NCBI GenBank assembly: GCA_027021705.1 | Contig: JALUTT010000070.1 | Coordinates: 1-43,453, forward strand | Length of the DNA: 43,453 nucleotides | Source: Anaerolineae bacterium | GTDB taxonomy: Bacteria > Chloroflexota > Anaerolineae > S140-20 | Direction of reading: 5' to 3' | Shown here: one piece after another, positions 17,599-27,017 of the stretch | How positions within the stretch are numbered: the stretch's first letter is position 1 | Layout of the letters: every line of letters begins with the position of its first letter | Made by a program: the position numbers and the translations under genes | Notes under the pieces: generated by a model | Seen by the model: the letters and a program-made list of their open reading frames with translations, nothing else | What the model was told of the DNA's origin: nothing | Database searches by the model: none

Positions 17599-18255
17599 CT
17601 ATCTTCCCTCCGAGGGAATGGCTCCGAGCACCGGGAGGCCGACGAAGCGCTCCATATCCTCGCGGGTGCGGATGACGCCGGCTTCCAGCCACTCCAGGAA
17701 GAAGACGATGAGCCCGCCCAGGATCAGGCCCAGGATGCCGCCGGCGGCGAGGTTGATTTTCAGTTTCGGGCTATGCAACCCCACCGTCGCGTTCTCCAAT
17801 CGCTCGGCGTAGACCCGGTCCTCCTTGCGCAGCTTGGCGTTCTCCTGTTCCCGCCACTCGACGAGGAGCTGGGCCCATTCGTCGGCGATGCTCTGGGCCT
17901 GATGGGGGTCGTAATCCTTCACGTCCACCTGGATGATCAGCCGGGAGTCGTCGGAGGCGATGATGGTCATGCTCTTCAGACGCTCTGGCGTCAGGTCAAG
18001 GGAGAGGCGAGCGATGACCCGTTGGGCCCAGGTGGTCGTGTACATATTAGCGACGTAGTTGCGCAGCAGAATCTTGGCTGACTGGGTGAGGCCGAAGTCG
18101 GGCCGGGCTGGGTTGATGCTCACCCGGGCCGAAGCCTTCCAAACGGGCGTCTGGAGCTTGCTGAAGACAAAGGCGCTGCCGACGGCGATGGCAGCGACCA
18201 GCAGGATGATCCAGCCTCGCTTGCGCAGGATACGCAGGTAGTCACGAATTTCCAT
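17599..18255 (-). CDS. CpsC/CapA (Wzz-like) chain-length regulator
   Basis: Two TM segments, N-terminal MEIRDYLRIL, C-terminal GLPVLGAIP. Confidence 0.88.
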   Translation of the reverse strand: MEIRDYLRILRKRGWIILLVAAIAVGSAFVFSKLQTPVWKASARVSINPARPDFGLTQSAKILLRNYVANMYTTTWAQRVIARLSLDLTPERLKSMTIIASDDSRLIIQVDVKDYDPHQAQSIADEWAQLLVEWREQENAKLRKEDRVYAERLENATVGLHSPKLKINLAAGGILGLILGGLIVFFLEWLEAGVIRTREDMERFVGLPVLGAIPSEGR

Positions 18256-18355
18256 CGTTCCTCCCGGTGAGCCAGCAGGGGTAGCGTACTCGGCTATTGG
18301 TCGAGCTCAGCCGCCCGCCGGAGCATCATCGGAGACGGGGCGGCTGCATCGGGTG

Positions 18356-18505
18356 CTAGGCGCGATCAGGTCCTTGAGGGGCTATTTCGTCACTCAACAC
18401 GATGGCTTCTGCTTCTATCTCTACCAGTATTTCCGGGGCAATCAATCGGCGCACCTCAACCATACTGGTGGCAGGCCGAATTGTTCCAAAGAACTCACCG
18501 TATTC
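18356..18505 (-). pseudogene. C-terminal fragment of a RidA/YjgF-family gene
   Basis: YGEFFGTIRPATSMVEVRRLIAPEILVEIEAEA matches the Rid C-terminus; the N-terminal part is absent. Confidence 0.75.
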
Positions 18506-18610
18506 TACCATGGAAGGGGTCGGCGAACAACGGCCTTGGCCCCCGGCCCCCAGCACCTTGTTGCCTCATTGCCCTGTTGCCTCGTCGCCTTACCTCATCA
18601 CCTCGCCACC

Positions 18611-19324
18611 TCACGGCCTCCCTCGCCCCTTGGGAACGGCGCTCAGCACCGGGATCCCCATCGCCTCCAGTTCGTGCCGGTCCCGCACCGTGGGGTCCAG
18701 ATAGTGGAGCAGAAAGGCCAGGCCAATGCCCAGGGCAACGCCGAGGCCGACGCGGATGGCCGGCCCGGTGAGCCGGCTGCGCAGGCTGGGGGGCAGGGGC
18801 GTGACGACGGGCAGGTCCACCAGCCGGGCCGGCGGCACCGGCAGGTCCACCAGTTGGGGGAAGTAGGCAGCCGCGTTCTCCGTCACCTCGGCCGTGATCG
18901 CCTCGGCGAGGGCGGGGAGCTGGGTCGGGTCGGGCCAGGTGACGTAGACGACGAAGAGGCTCTGGGCGTTGTCGGAGACGATGGCCCCCTGGATCGCCCC
19001 GGCGGGCAGCGGCTCCCCATCGGCCCCGGTGATCCCCTGAGCGGCCAGCCGCCGGCTCACGGCCTGGGCGAAGGCCCCCCGGCGCACGATGTCGGAGAGG
19101 CCGTTGGCGATGTACTCGGAGGCCAGCCAGGCGTAGTAGCGGTCGTAGCCGTACTGATCGGCCGGCGCTTCGGGTGGCGTGCCGGCCGCGAAGTTGAGCA
19201 CCACCTGGTAGAGGGTCGGCGGCGTCCGGTAGGTCAGGCCGGTGTAGGCCAAGACGGCCAGGGCGGGCAGACAGGCAGCCCACCACCAGCGTCGCAGGAT
19301 GCGTCCGTACTCGCGTAGTTCCAT
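18611..19324 (-). CDS. Second CpsC/Wzz-like protein
   Basis: MELREYGRIL, two TM segments, YLDPTVR..GIPVLSAVP. Confidence 0.85.
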   Translation of the reverse strand: MELREYGRILRRWWWAACLPALAVLAYTGLTYRTPPTLYQVVLNFAAGTPPEAPADQYGYDRYYAWLASEYIANGLSDIVRRGAFAQAVSRRLAAQGITGADGEPLPAGAIQGAIVSDNAQSLFVVYVTWPDPTQLPALAEAITAEVTENAAAYFPQLVDLPVPPARLVDLPVVTPLPPSLRSRLTGPAIRVGLGVALGIGLAFLLHYLDPTVRDRHELEAMGIPVLSAVPKGRGRP

Positions 19325-19444
19325 AGCCGGGAGTGGATCAGCAGGTCAACGGGCCGGCGGGTTCGATCGCGGACCACCTCCTCGCCCGCCTATGGCCCGA
19401 TCCGATGAAGGCGGGAGAGGCGGGGCCGCGACAAGTCGGTGGAT

Positions 19445-19474
19445 ATTCTACCACAGAAGCCGATTCCCTGCCAA
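19445..19474 (-). promoter_or_regulatory. Promoter of the polysaccharide operon
   Basis: TTGGCA-18bp-TAGAAT with TGn extension. Confidence 0.5.
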
Positions 19475-19675
19475 GTGGAGCCCCCTTTTTCCCCACGGTT
19501 GGGAGGTCCACCTGACCGATTCTTGCGTTCGATCCCGGCGGACCTACGATCCAGCAGGGGGGCAGCCCAAGACTTCGCCTGGTGATCGCCCATAGGTGAG
19601 CGAGAGGATGGGCTGGGGAAAGGCGGTGGCATTGAAAGGACAGCCAACATCTTTGTACGGACGGCCGACTGGAAC

Positions 19676-19704
19676 TTGCCCGACCACCACTTGTCGGGTA
19701 TAAT
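19676..19704 (+). promoter_or_regulatory. sigma70-type promoter with inverted repeat over the spacer
   Basis: TTGCCC-17bp-TATAAT; CCCGAC-N8-GTCGGG overlaps it. Confidence 0.6.
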
Positions 19705-19756
19705 CTGGGCATCTCCGAATGCATTGTGATGGGAGGAAGCCAGCCGGACCGGGCCG

Positions 19757-20746
19757 ATGAAGGGGATCGCGCACTTCATCACGGGGGTGGCCGTCGCCAC
19801 GTTCTTCCCCGAGGCCGTTCGCCAGGCCGCCGACGGATCCCTCATCCTTGTCTTGGGCGGGGTCTTCGGGCTGCTGCCTGATACCCTGGACTTCAAGTTC
19901 GCCCGCTACTTTGAGCACCACGACGACGAGATTGATCCCCATCCCCAGCGGCTGGACCCCCGGGAGATGGCGGAGCGGGTGGCCGCGGCGATGCGGGCAG
20001 CCTACGAGACCGGCACCCCCCGAACGATCCAACTCCACACTCTTCGCTTGGGGGCCGACCTGTGGCGACGCTACTCGCTGCGTTTCATCCCGGAGACGGG
20101 GGAGGTGGCCCTGCGCATCGGTCCGGTGGTCAGCACCAGCCAGGTGCCGCTCCTAGGCAGTGAGCCCCCGGAACTTGCGGAGGCTCGCGTCCCCGTCGGT
20201 GTTCCTATCCGTCATACCTATGACGCCGAGATACCCGTAGACATCTTCAGCGGCCCGTCCTTCCGCTTTGAGCGGGAGGGGGAGGCGGTGCGGGTGACCT
20301 TTCTGCCCTGGCATCGGTCCTGGAGCCATTCCCTGGTGCTGGCTCTGGGCATCGGCCTGGGGGTCGGGGTGGTTCTGAGCCCCCTGGCCGGCTGGATCGC
20401 CGGCCTCGCTTTCGCCGCCCACGTGCTGGAGGATCAGCTGGGCTTTATGGGCTCCAACCTCTTCTGGCCTTTCACCCGCCGTCGCTTCCTGGGCCTCCGT
20501 CTGCTGCGCTCCACCGATCCGCTGCCCAACTTTCTGACCGTCTGGCTGGCGGTCGCCCTGATCCTCTTCAATTTGGATCGCTTTTCCTTCCAGCCTCGGT
20601 TGCCCACAGGCCCCTACCTGGTGCTGGCGGTGCTCTTGCCCCTGCTCCTGTTGGGAGGGGTCCATCTTTGGCAGCGGCAGGCCCGTCAGGTGGCGGTGGA
20701 GGCAACGGCCCAGGGTGAGATCCTCGAAGAGGCTGAGGAGGCATAA
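19757..20746 (+). CDS. Membrane metal-dependent hydrolase (YdjM/DUF457-like)
   Basis: MKGIAH, LPDTLD, HRSWSHSL, HVLED motifs; multiple TM segments. Confidence 0.85.
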   Translation: MKGIAHFITGVAVATFFPEAVRQAADGSLILVLGGVFGLLPDTLDFKFARYFEHHDDEIDPHPQRLDPREMAERVAAAMRAAYETGTPRTIQLHTLRLGADLWRRYSLRFIPETGEVALRIGPVVSTSQVPLLGSEPPELAEARVPVGVPIRHTYDAEIPVDIFSGPSFRFEREGEAVRVTFLPWHRSWSHSLVLALGIGLGVGVVLSPLAGWIAGLAFAAHVLEDQLGFMGSNLFWPFTRRRFLGLRLLRSTDPLPNFLTVWLAVALILFNLDRFSFQPRLPTGPYLVLAVLLPLLLLGGVHLWQRQARQVAVEATAQGEILEEAEEA

Positions 20747-20770
20747 GGTGAGGCATAAGGTAGTGAAGCG

Positions 20771-21163
20771 ATGAGACTGACGCAAGAGACCTGGGAAAAA
20801 CTGGTCCAAGTTCTGCAAGGCCGCCGGGAGATACACTTCGCGTTGCTCTATGGTTCGGCTGTAGAAGGTCAACCCTTCCGCGACTTGGACATTGGTTTGG
20901 TCGTGGATCGGACCATCGTGCCCGCTTCGGCTGATTGGGACTACGCCTTTGCCTTGGCCGATGAATTGGAGGATCGCGTCGCCTATCCTGTGGACGTAAG
21001 GGTGATCAACGAGGCCCCCCTGCCTTTCCGGTACAATGTGAGCTGTGGGAAGCCCCTGGTCATCCACGACCGTGAGGCGTTCTACCGGTTCTTGGAGCGC
21101 ACTTGGGATGAGTTCCTCGACTTCAAGCCGGTCGCCCTTCAATATCTCCAGGAGGTCCGATGA
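20771..21163 (+). CDS. Minimal nucleotidyltransferase antitoxin
   Basis: LYGSAVEGQPFRDLDIG, VDVRVINEAP. Confidence 0.9.
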   Translation: MRLTQETWEKLVQVLQGRREIHFALLYGSAVEGQPFRDLDIGLVVDRTIVPASADWDYAFALADELEDRVAYPVDVRVINEAPLPFRYNVSCGKPLVIHDREAFYRFLERTWDEFLDFKPVALQYLQEVR

Positions 21164-21582
21164 CAGTTGACCCGATCCGGGTCCGACGATTTGTCGGTCA
21201 GATGAACGAGGCCCAGCGTCGTCTGCGGGAGCTGGGGCAGTTGGCGGAAGAGGAGTTCCTCGCCGATTATCGCAACACAGAGAGTGCCAAGTATCTGCTG
21301 ATCGTCGCTACAGAGGCGGCAATTGATCTGTGCAACCACATCGTAGCGCGTCACCAAGGACGTCCCCCCCGGGATTACGCAGATTGTTTTGCCGTCTTGA
21401 GCGAGTTAGGTGTCATCACCCAAGACCTGGCGGCTCGCCTCCGTCGGATGGCTCGTTTTCGCAACCTTATCGTGCACCTGTATTGGGAGGTGGACAACCG
21501 ACGGGTCTACCAGATTATTCAGAGCGATCTGGGCGATCTAGACGTGTTCCAACGGCAAGTGCTGGACTGGCTCTCGCTCTAA
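21160..21582 (+). CDS. HepT-like (DUF86) HEPN toxin
   Basis: MARFRNLIVHLYWEVD (RX4HXY); ATGA overlap with the MNT gene. Confidence 0.92.
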   Translation: MTVDPIRVRRFVGQMNEAQRRLRELGQLAEEEFLADYRNTESAKYLLIVATEAAIDLCNHIVARHQGRPPRDYADCFAVLSELGVITQDLAARLRRMARFRNLIVHLYWEVDNRRVYQIIQSDLGDLDVFQRQVLDWLSL

Positions 21583-21620
21583 GAGCCGGGTTGTAGTGTT
21601 CGCAGGAAGGGAGGCGCGGC

Positions 21621-22235
21621 GTGGAACCCCTTCTGGAACGCTATCGTTGGGTGGTCTTCTCCTTGCTGGTTCTGGCCCTTGCAGCCGGCCTGTTCACCTT
21701 CGCCCTCCGTCGTCCTGGCCCCGTCGTCATCACCGTCCTTCCCCCTCCGCCGACGCCTACAGTCACCCCGACTCCAACGCCGGCCCCCCTACGGGTCTAC
21801 GTCAGCGGGGCGGTGCGTCATCCCGATGTCTACGTCCTGCCCCCTGGCAGCCTGGTCCGGGATGCCCTGGAGATGGCCGGCGGTCCCACAGCGGAAGCGG
21901 ACCTGGAGGCCATCAACCTGGCTCTCCAACTCGCCGACCAGATGCAGGTCCACGTTCCCCGTCGGGGTGAGAGTACTTCCGTCCCTCTCGCCAGGCGCGA
22001 CCGTCCCGCCTCGTCCCAATCTTCTTCCCAGAAGACTCGCCTCGTCAACATCAACACCGCCTCGGTGGAAGAGCTCCAGACGCTGCCTCGCATCGGCCCC
22101 ACCATCGCTCAACGGATCGTGGCCTACCGGGAGGAGAACGGCCCCTTCGAGCGCCCGAAGGACCTGATGAAGGTGAAGGGGATCGGCCAGGCCACTTTCG
22201 AGGCCCTGCGGGATCAGATCACTGTGGGGCCATAG
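21621..22235 (+). CDS. comEA: Competence DNA receptor ComEA
   Basis: TM anchor, SLBB (VYVSGAVRHPDVY), HhH (VNINTAS..LPRIGPTIAQRI..VKGIG). Confidence 0.95.
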   Translation: MEPLLERYRWVVFSLLVLALAAGLFTFALRRPGPVVITVLPPPPTPTVTPTPTPAPLRVYVSGAVRHPDVYVLPPGSLVRDALEMAGGPTAEADLEAINLALQLADQMQVHVPRRGESTSVPLARRDRPASSQSSSQKTRLVNINTASVEELQTLPRIGPTIAQRIVAYREENGPFERPKDLMKVKGIGQATFEALRDQITVGP

Positions 22236-22331
22236 CCGGTTTCGGGCGTAATCGCCGGCCGTTGATCGGCGTTTATCCATCCCCTGGACGGCTTATCCCA
22301 CAACAGATCTACCGATTTTTGAGGCTTCCCG

Positions 22332-24683
22332 GTGAGGCTGATCAGGACCCCAATGCTCGGTTGGGTGCCGGCCTGGCTGTTGGGCATCTTCCTGGCCGCC
22401 CATCTCCCCTTCCCCCCGCTTGGCTGGTTCCTCCTCGCCTGCCTGCTCGCGGGGCTGATCTGGCTGACCCGCCGGGCCTCTCTGGCTGCCTTCTGGTTCT
22501 CCTGGGGCCTCTTCCTGGCCTTGGGAGCCGCCCGCTACACCCTCTCCCGTCCCGCCCTCGATGCCCACGCCCTGGCCACTTACAACGACCAGGGGCTTGT
22601 GACGCTGGAAGGGGTGGTCATCGCTGAGCCCGATGTGCGCGATACCCACGTCAACCTGCGCCTACGGGTAGATCGGCTGGGGCGCGAGGGGGAGGTGCTC
22701 CGGCCGGTGAAGGGATTGGTCCTGATCCGCGCCCCCCGTTTCCCCCTCTACGCCTACGGTGACCGGCTGCGGGTGACCGGCTTGCTGGAGACGCCGCCCT
22801 CTTACGAGTCTTTCTCCTACCGCGACTACCTGGCCCGGCAGCGCATCTACAGTTGGATCGAAGAGCCGCAGATCGAGTACCTCTCCGGCGGTCACGGCTT
22901 CCTCTTGTACCGGGAGCTCCTGGCTCTGAAGGCCCACGCTCAAGACGTCCTGGCTCGCCTCCTGCCTGACCCCGAAGCCTCTCTGCTCACCGGCATCCTG
23001 CTGGGCGTGGACACCGGGCTTCCCCGCCGCCTGAGCGATGACTTCAGCGCCACCGGCACCACTCACATCATCGCCATCTCCGGCTTCAACATCAGCATCA
23101 TCACGGGGCTGCTGATGGGGACGCTGGGCCGTCTCCTGGGCCGGCGTCGGGCCACGGTGCCGGCCATCGTCGCCGTCGCCCTCTACACCATCCTGGTTGG
23201 AGCCGACGCCGCCGTCGTCCGCGCTGCCCTGATGGGCGTGCTCTACATCCTGGGCCGCCGCCTGAATCGCCCCACCTGGGCCCTCAACTCCCTCGCCGTC
23301 GCTGCTCTGGGCATGACCCTCCTGGACCCCTTCATTCTTTGGGACGTTGGCTTTCAGTTGAGCGTCGCAGCGACCGTGGGCCTGGTGCTCTACACGCCAC
23401 CCCTGGAGGAGGGGATGCGTCGCCTGCTCACCCGCCGGCTCTCCGTGCCTCAGGCCGATCGGGTGATCGGCCTGGTCAGCGAGGCCCTGCTGGTGACGAT
23501 GGCCGCCCAGATCACCACGACCCCGATCATCCTCTACCACTTCCGCCAGCTCTCCCTGGTCACGCTGCTGACCAACTTCCTGATCTTGCCGGCCCAGCAA
23601 GGAGTGATGATCTGGGGAGGGATGGCCTTGATGCTGGCCCTCGTCTGGTTTCCTCTGGGACAGCCTGTCGCCTGGGTGGCCTGGCTCTTCCTCACCTACA
23701 CCATCCGGGTTGTCGAGGGGACGGCTCGGTTTCCCCTGGCCTCCGTTCCTCTGCATCTTTCCGGTGCGGGGCTGGTAGGGTATTACGGCCTCCTGGTGGG
23801 GGTGACGCTCTGGCTGCGCCAGCCGGAGAACCGGGATGCCCTGGGGAATTGGCTGTCCCGCTTTGGACGGGCTGGTCTGGCCCTCAGCGGCACCGGCATC
23901 GCGGTCGCCCTGGTCTGGGCAGCCGTCCTCTCCTTGCCCGATGGTCGGCTGCACCTCCGCGTCCTTGACCTGCGTCGGGGGGATGCTCTGCTCCTCCAGA
24001 CGCCGGAAGGGCTCCGGGTGCTCGTCAACGGTGGTGGGGAGCCCACGGCCTTGCTCTCGGCCCTGGGGCAACAACTGCCCTATTGGGACCGGCGTCTGGA
24101 TCTTATCGTCCTCACGGGTCCCCAGGAGAGCCGGGTGGTGGGGGCTGTGGCGGCGCTAGAGCGATATGGTGCCCAGGTGGTTCTGAGTCGGGATTGGGTG
24201 GTGAAGGAGAATCCTGCCTACGATCGCTGGCGGGGGCTGCTGGCAGAGCGCTCTGTCCCCTTGCTGGAAGCGGTGGCCGGCCAGCGCCTGTTGCTGGGCT
24301 CGGAGGTCGTCCTCGAGGTGCTGGCCACCGAGCCGACCCTGGGCCTTCGCCTCACCTACGGTGGGGCAACCTTTCTCTTCTTGGGCGATGGAGACGCAGA
24401 CCTATCCTCTCGGTTCCGTCGAGACCCTGCCCTGTCGTATGGAACGTTGGTCTGGCTCACCCGCCGGGGGGTGGGGAAAGCGATGACTACGGCGTGGGGA
24501 GAGACTCTCCGCCCCCAAGTCGTGATCCTCTCGGTCTCCCGCTGGGAAAGCCGGCGCAAGCCACCGGCTTTGGACCCCTTGCTGGAGCGCTGGGACCGCC
24601 CTTCGCTGTGGCGCACGGACGAAGAGGGGACGATCGCCGTCTCCACCGATGGGCGTCGCCTCTGGATTCGCCCAGAGCGTTGA
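22332..24683 (+). CDS. comEC: DNA uptake channel ComEC/Rec2
   Basis: OB-like domain, competence domain THIIAISGFN, RAALM, GFQLS; degenerate C-terminal beta-lactamase-like domain. Start may be ATG 22353. Confidence 0.93.
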   Translation: MRLIRTPMLGWVPAWLLGIFLAAHLPFPPLGWFLLACLLAGLIWLTRRASLAAFWFSWGLFLALGAARYTLSRPALDAHALATYNDQGLVTLEGVVIAEPDVRDTHVNLRLRVDRLGREGEVLRPVKGLVLIRAPRFPLYAYGDRLRVTGLLETPPSYESFSYRDYLARQRIYSWIEEPQIEYLSGGHGFLLYRELLALKAHAQDVLARLLPDPEASLLTGILLGVDTGLPRRLSDDFSATGTTHIIAISGFNISIITGLLMGTLGRLLGRRRATVPAIVAVALYTILVGADAAVVRAALMGVLYILGRRLNRPTWALNSLAVAALGMTLLDPFILWDVGFQLSVAATVGLVLYTPPLEEGMRRLLTRRLSVPQADRVIGLVSEALLVTMAAQITTTPIILYHFRQLSLVTLLTNFLILPAQQGVMIWGGMALMLALVWFPLGQPVAWVAWLFLTYTIRVVEGTARFPLASVPLHLSGAGLVGYYGLLVGVTLWLRQPENRDALGNWLSRFGRAGLALSGTGIAVALVWAAVLSLPDGRLHLRVLDLRRGDALLLQTPEGLRVLVNGGGEPTALLSALGQQLPYWDRRLDLIVLTGPQESRVVGAVAALERYGAQVVLSRDWVVKENPAYDRWRGLLAERSVPLLEAVAGQRLLLGSEVVLEVLATEPTLGLRLTYGGATFLFLGDGDADLSSRFRRDPALSYGTLVWLTRRGVGKAMTTAWGETLRPQVVILSVSRWESRRKPPALDPLLERWDRPSLWRTDEEGTIAVSTDGRRLWIRPER

Positions 24684-24720
24684 GGCCGTCCGCTGGACAG
24701 GAATCCCGGAGGAAGGTATA

Positions 24721-25101
24721 ATGACACCGGCAACCCGTTCCAGACCCCTCGACCGCCGTGTGACATACAACGCACGATACGCTCCGTGGGCTATAAGTCT
24801 GATGTTTGTATTCGAGGTTCTGTTCACCAACGCCCTCTGGATCATCGGCCTGGCGACTATCCTGGCTGCCTTCAGCTATGCCGACTGGCTGGCCCACGAG
24901 CGGGGGAGGCCTTCCCGCCGGGTCCTGCTCTCTTCGACCTTCTGGGGCCCCTTCTCCGTGGGCGTAGTTCTCGTCTGCCTTGGGCTGGTCCTGTCGAGTC
25001 GAGAGTGGTGGGAACGGGCCGTTTGGGCAGCTTTGGCCCTGCTCTTCGCCTGGCAGGGGTGGACTATAAAGCGCTCTCGTCGGGATAGGGAGGAATCGTG
25101 A
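24721..25101 (+). CDS. Small membrane protein
   Basis: Three hydrophobic segments. Start uncertain (24721 or 24802) because TGGACA-17-TATAAT overlaps the first ATG. Confidence 0.7.
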   Translation: MTPATRSRPLDRRVTYNARYAPWAISLMFVFEVLFTNALWIIGLATILAAFSYADWLAHERGRPSRRVLLSSTFWGPFSVGVVLVCLGLVLSSREWWERAVWAALALLFAWQGWTIKRSRRDREES

Positions 25102-25523
25102 TGGGAAAGATTCTGTGCGCGACGCGGGGAGGTGAGGCGAGCTACCGGACGCAAGACGCTGCCATCGCTATGGCCCGGGAACGAGGGGATGATCTCCTGT
25201 TTCTATTTGTGGTAGATACCCATTTCCTGGACAAGACGTCAGCGCCCGTCCTGGTAGACGCCGGTGGGGAGCTTGCCCAGATGGGCAAGTTCCTGCTTTT
25301 GATGGCCCAGGAGCGGGCTCAAAAGCAGGGTGTTGCTGCCCAAACCTTGGTATGCCACGGGGAGATAAAGGAAGAGATCAAGCGGGTTGTGCGGGAGCAG
25401 GGGGTGACCACCGTCATCCTGGGTCGGCCAGCCGGCGAGACCAACATCTTCGGTCAGGAGGCCCTGGAAGCTTTTGCCCGCGAGATTGAGGCCGAGACCG
25501 GTGCTCAGGCAATCCTCATCTGA
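25101..25523 (+). CDS. Universal stress protein
   Basis: KILCATRGGEAS, LFVVD, GEIKEEI..VILGR; 140 aa. Confidence 0.88.
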   Translation: MGKILCATRGGEASYRTQDAAIAMARERGDDLLFLFVVDTHFLDKTSAPVLVDAGGELAQMGKFLLLMAQERAQKQGVAAQTLVCHGEIKEEIKRVVREQGVTTVILGRPAGETNIFGQEALEAFAREIEAETGAQAILI

Positions 25524-25536
25524 TCGGTCGGCGAGA

Positions 25537-26199
25537 TTGATCCTAGCTTCTCGTTCGCCCCGACGGCGCGAATTGTTGGCCTTGTTGGGGGTGCCCTTTC
25601 AGGTCGCACCTGTGACGATCGCCGAGAATGCCCGTCCCGGTGAGCTTCCGGAGGAGATGGTGCGTCGGCTAGCCCAAGCTAAAGCCCGACTTGCTGCCCA
25701 ACGCTATTCTGATGGCTTGATCCTGGGGGCAGATACCATCGTTGTGTTGGATGGGGTGGTACTGGGGAAGCCGCGTGATGAGGAAGAGGCTACGCGGATG
25801 CTGAAGGCGTTGCGGGGGCGGGAGCATCAGGTTTGCACGGGGCTGGCCTTGATTGAATCGGCGACGGGTCGGGGGGTCAGCCGGGTGGTCTTTACAACGG
25901 TGACGATGCGGGATTATGGAGATGAAGAGATTGCCCGCTACGTGGCTAGCGGCGATCCTCTGGACAAAGCAGGGGCCTATGCCATCCAGCACCCCGGTTT
26001 TCGTCCCGTCGTTCTGGAACGTCTACAGGGCTGCTATGCCAATGTCGTCGGGTTGCCCCTGTGTCACTTGGTCGAGATGCTGGAAGCCTGGGGGATCCGG
26101 CCTACCACCGATGTAGGCTCCGTCTGCCGGACGCACCTGGGAGTTCCCTGTCGCCTCGTGGAAACGGCATTTCCCCAGGTGGAGTCGAAAGCCCGGTGA
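25537..26199 (+). CDS. maf: Maf-family nucleoside triphosphate pyrophosphatase
   Basis: LILASRSPRRRELL, GADTIV, LGKP, DKAGAYAIQ, NVVGLP. Start codon uncertain. Confidence 0.93.
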   Translation: MILASRSPRRRELLALLGVPFQVAPVTIAENARPGELPEEMVRRLAQAKARLAAQRYSDGLILGADTIVVLDGVVLGKPRDEEEATRMLKALRGREHQVCTGLALIESATGRGVSRVVFTTVTMRDYGDEEIARYVASGDPLDKAGAYAIQHPGFRPVVLERLQGCYANVVGLPLCHLVEMLEAWGIRPTTDVGSVCRTHLGVPCRLVETAFPQVESKAR

Positions 26200-26229
26200 T
26201 TACCCATATCTTTGGAGATAGGGAGACTA

Positions 26230-26306
26230 GCCGTCCACGAATGGGGCACGAATACACGAATTAAGGACCGCCTCATTCGTGCATTGGTGAGGAATTCGTG
26301 GACGGC
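26230..26306. repeat. Palindrome built of CACGAAT units
   Basis: gccgtccacgaat ... attcgtggacggc, a 13-bp perfect IR with internal cacgaat/attcgtg units. Confidence 0.75.
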
Positions 26307-26360
26307 CTGCTACGGACCACTCTCTCGCTCACTTGTGGGTAATCACCGCTCGAAAGCGTC

Positions 26361-26389
26361 TTGACAGGGACGAAGGAGCGCAGTATACT
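26361..26389 (+). promoter_or_regulatory. sigma70 promoter
   Basis: TTGACA-17bp-TATACT. Confidence 0.7.
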
Positions 26390-26700
26390 TTCCCAGCTAT
26401 TGTGGCCGATATACGTGCCGAGACCTTTGGCGAGGCTCAGCCTCACCCGCGTCGCCGGAGAGGGGGGAGCGGCTGCCCTCGCTGCCGAAGGTGGCGGGAG
26501 GACCGACAAGGCCATCCTTTGGCTGTGACCCTGGTCACCGTAACGACGGGTGGGATGGAGGGCTGAGGCATCGAGAGCCTACGCCGGAGGAGCGCAGAGC
26601 CTGGCTGGAATCCCGCAAGCGTGACTTGGAGGCGGAACGGAAGTGAACTGAAGTGAGTTGAGGAGAACCTGACCAGGATAGATTGAAGGAGGTGGTGACG

Positions 26701-26922
26701 ATGGCTGAACAGTGGGAATCTACGATGGATCGGATCAATCGTCTCGCCAATGAGAAGTTCCAACTCCTGCTCAAAGCCTCTCACCAGTACTTGTCGCCGG
26801 AGGACCTGGACCGACTGCACTTCCTGGAGCGTGAACTGACTCGGCTTTGGGAGATACGCCGTCAGGAGTTGGCAGGCCGGCCAGATCCTCTGGACCTCTT
26901 GATCGAAGCATCCTACCGTTAA
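26701..26922 (+). CDS. Small helical protein, DUF2630-like
   Basis: RBS AAGGAGG; RINRLANE..LERELTRLWEIRRQELA pattern. Confidence 0.7.
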   Translation: MAEQWESTMDRINRLANEKFQLLLKASHQYLSPEDLDRLHFLERELTRLWEIRRQELAGRPDPLDLLIEASYR

Positions 26923-26940
26923 GGCCCGTCTTCCACCAGA

Positions 26941-26978
26941 GAGCCCGGAGCCAGGCTCCGGGCTCGATCATTTGTTTC
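26941..26978 (+). terminator. Hairpin after the DUF2630-like gene
   Basis: gagcccggagc-cag-gctccgggctc followed by a weak U-rich tail. Confidence 0.5.
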
Positions 26979-27017
26979 CGCCCGCCATCAAGGGGCGGCT
27001 TAAGGAGGTCGTCGAGT

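Noticed and set aside
19500..19600. GTTCGATCCC T-loop-like motif and an ILAFDPG peptide
   Set aside because: No cloverleaf can be formed. The peptide has an in-frame stop just upstream and no further similarity.
22282..22305. TTATCCATC / TTATCCCCA resembling DnaA boxes
   Set aside because: Only two imperfect matches, with no AT-rich unwinding region or origin-linked genes.
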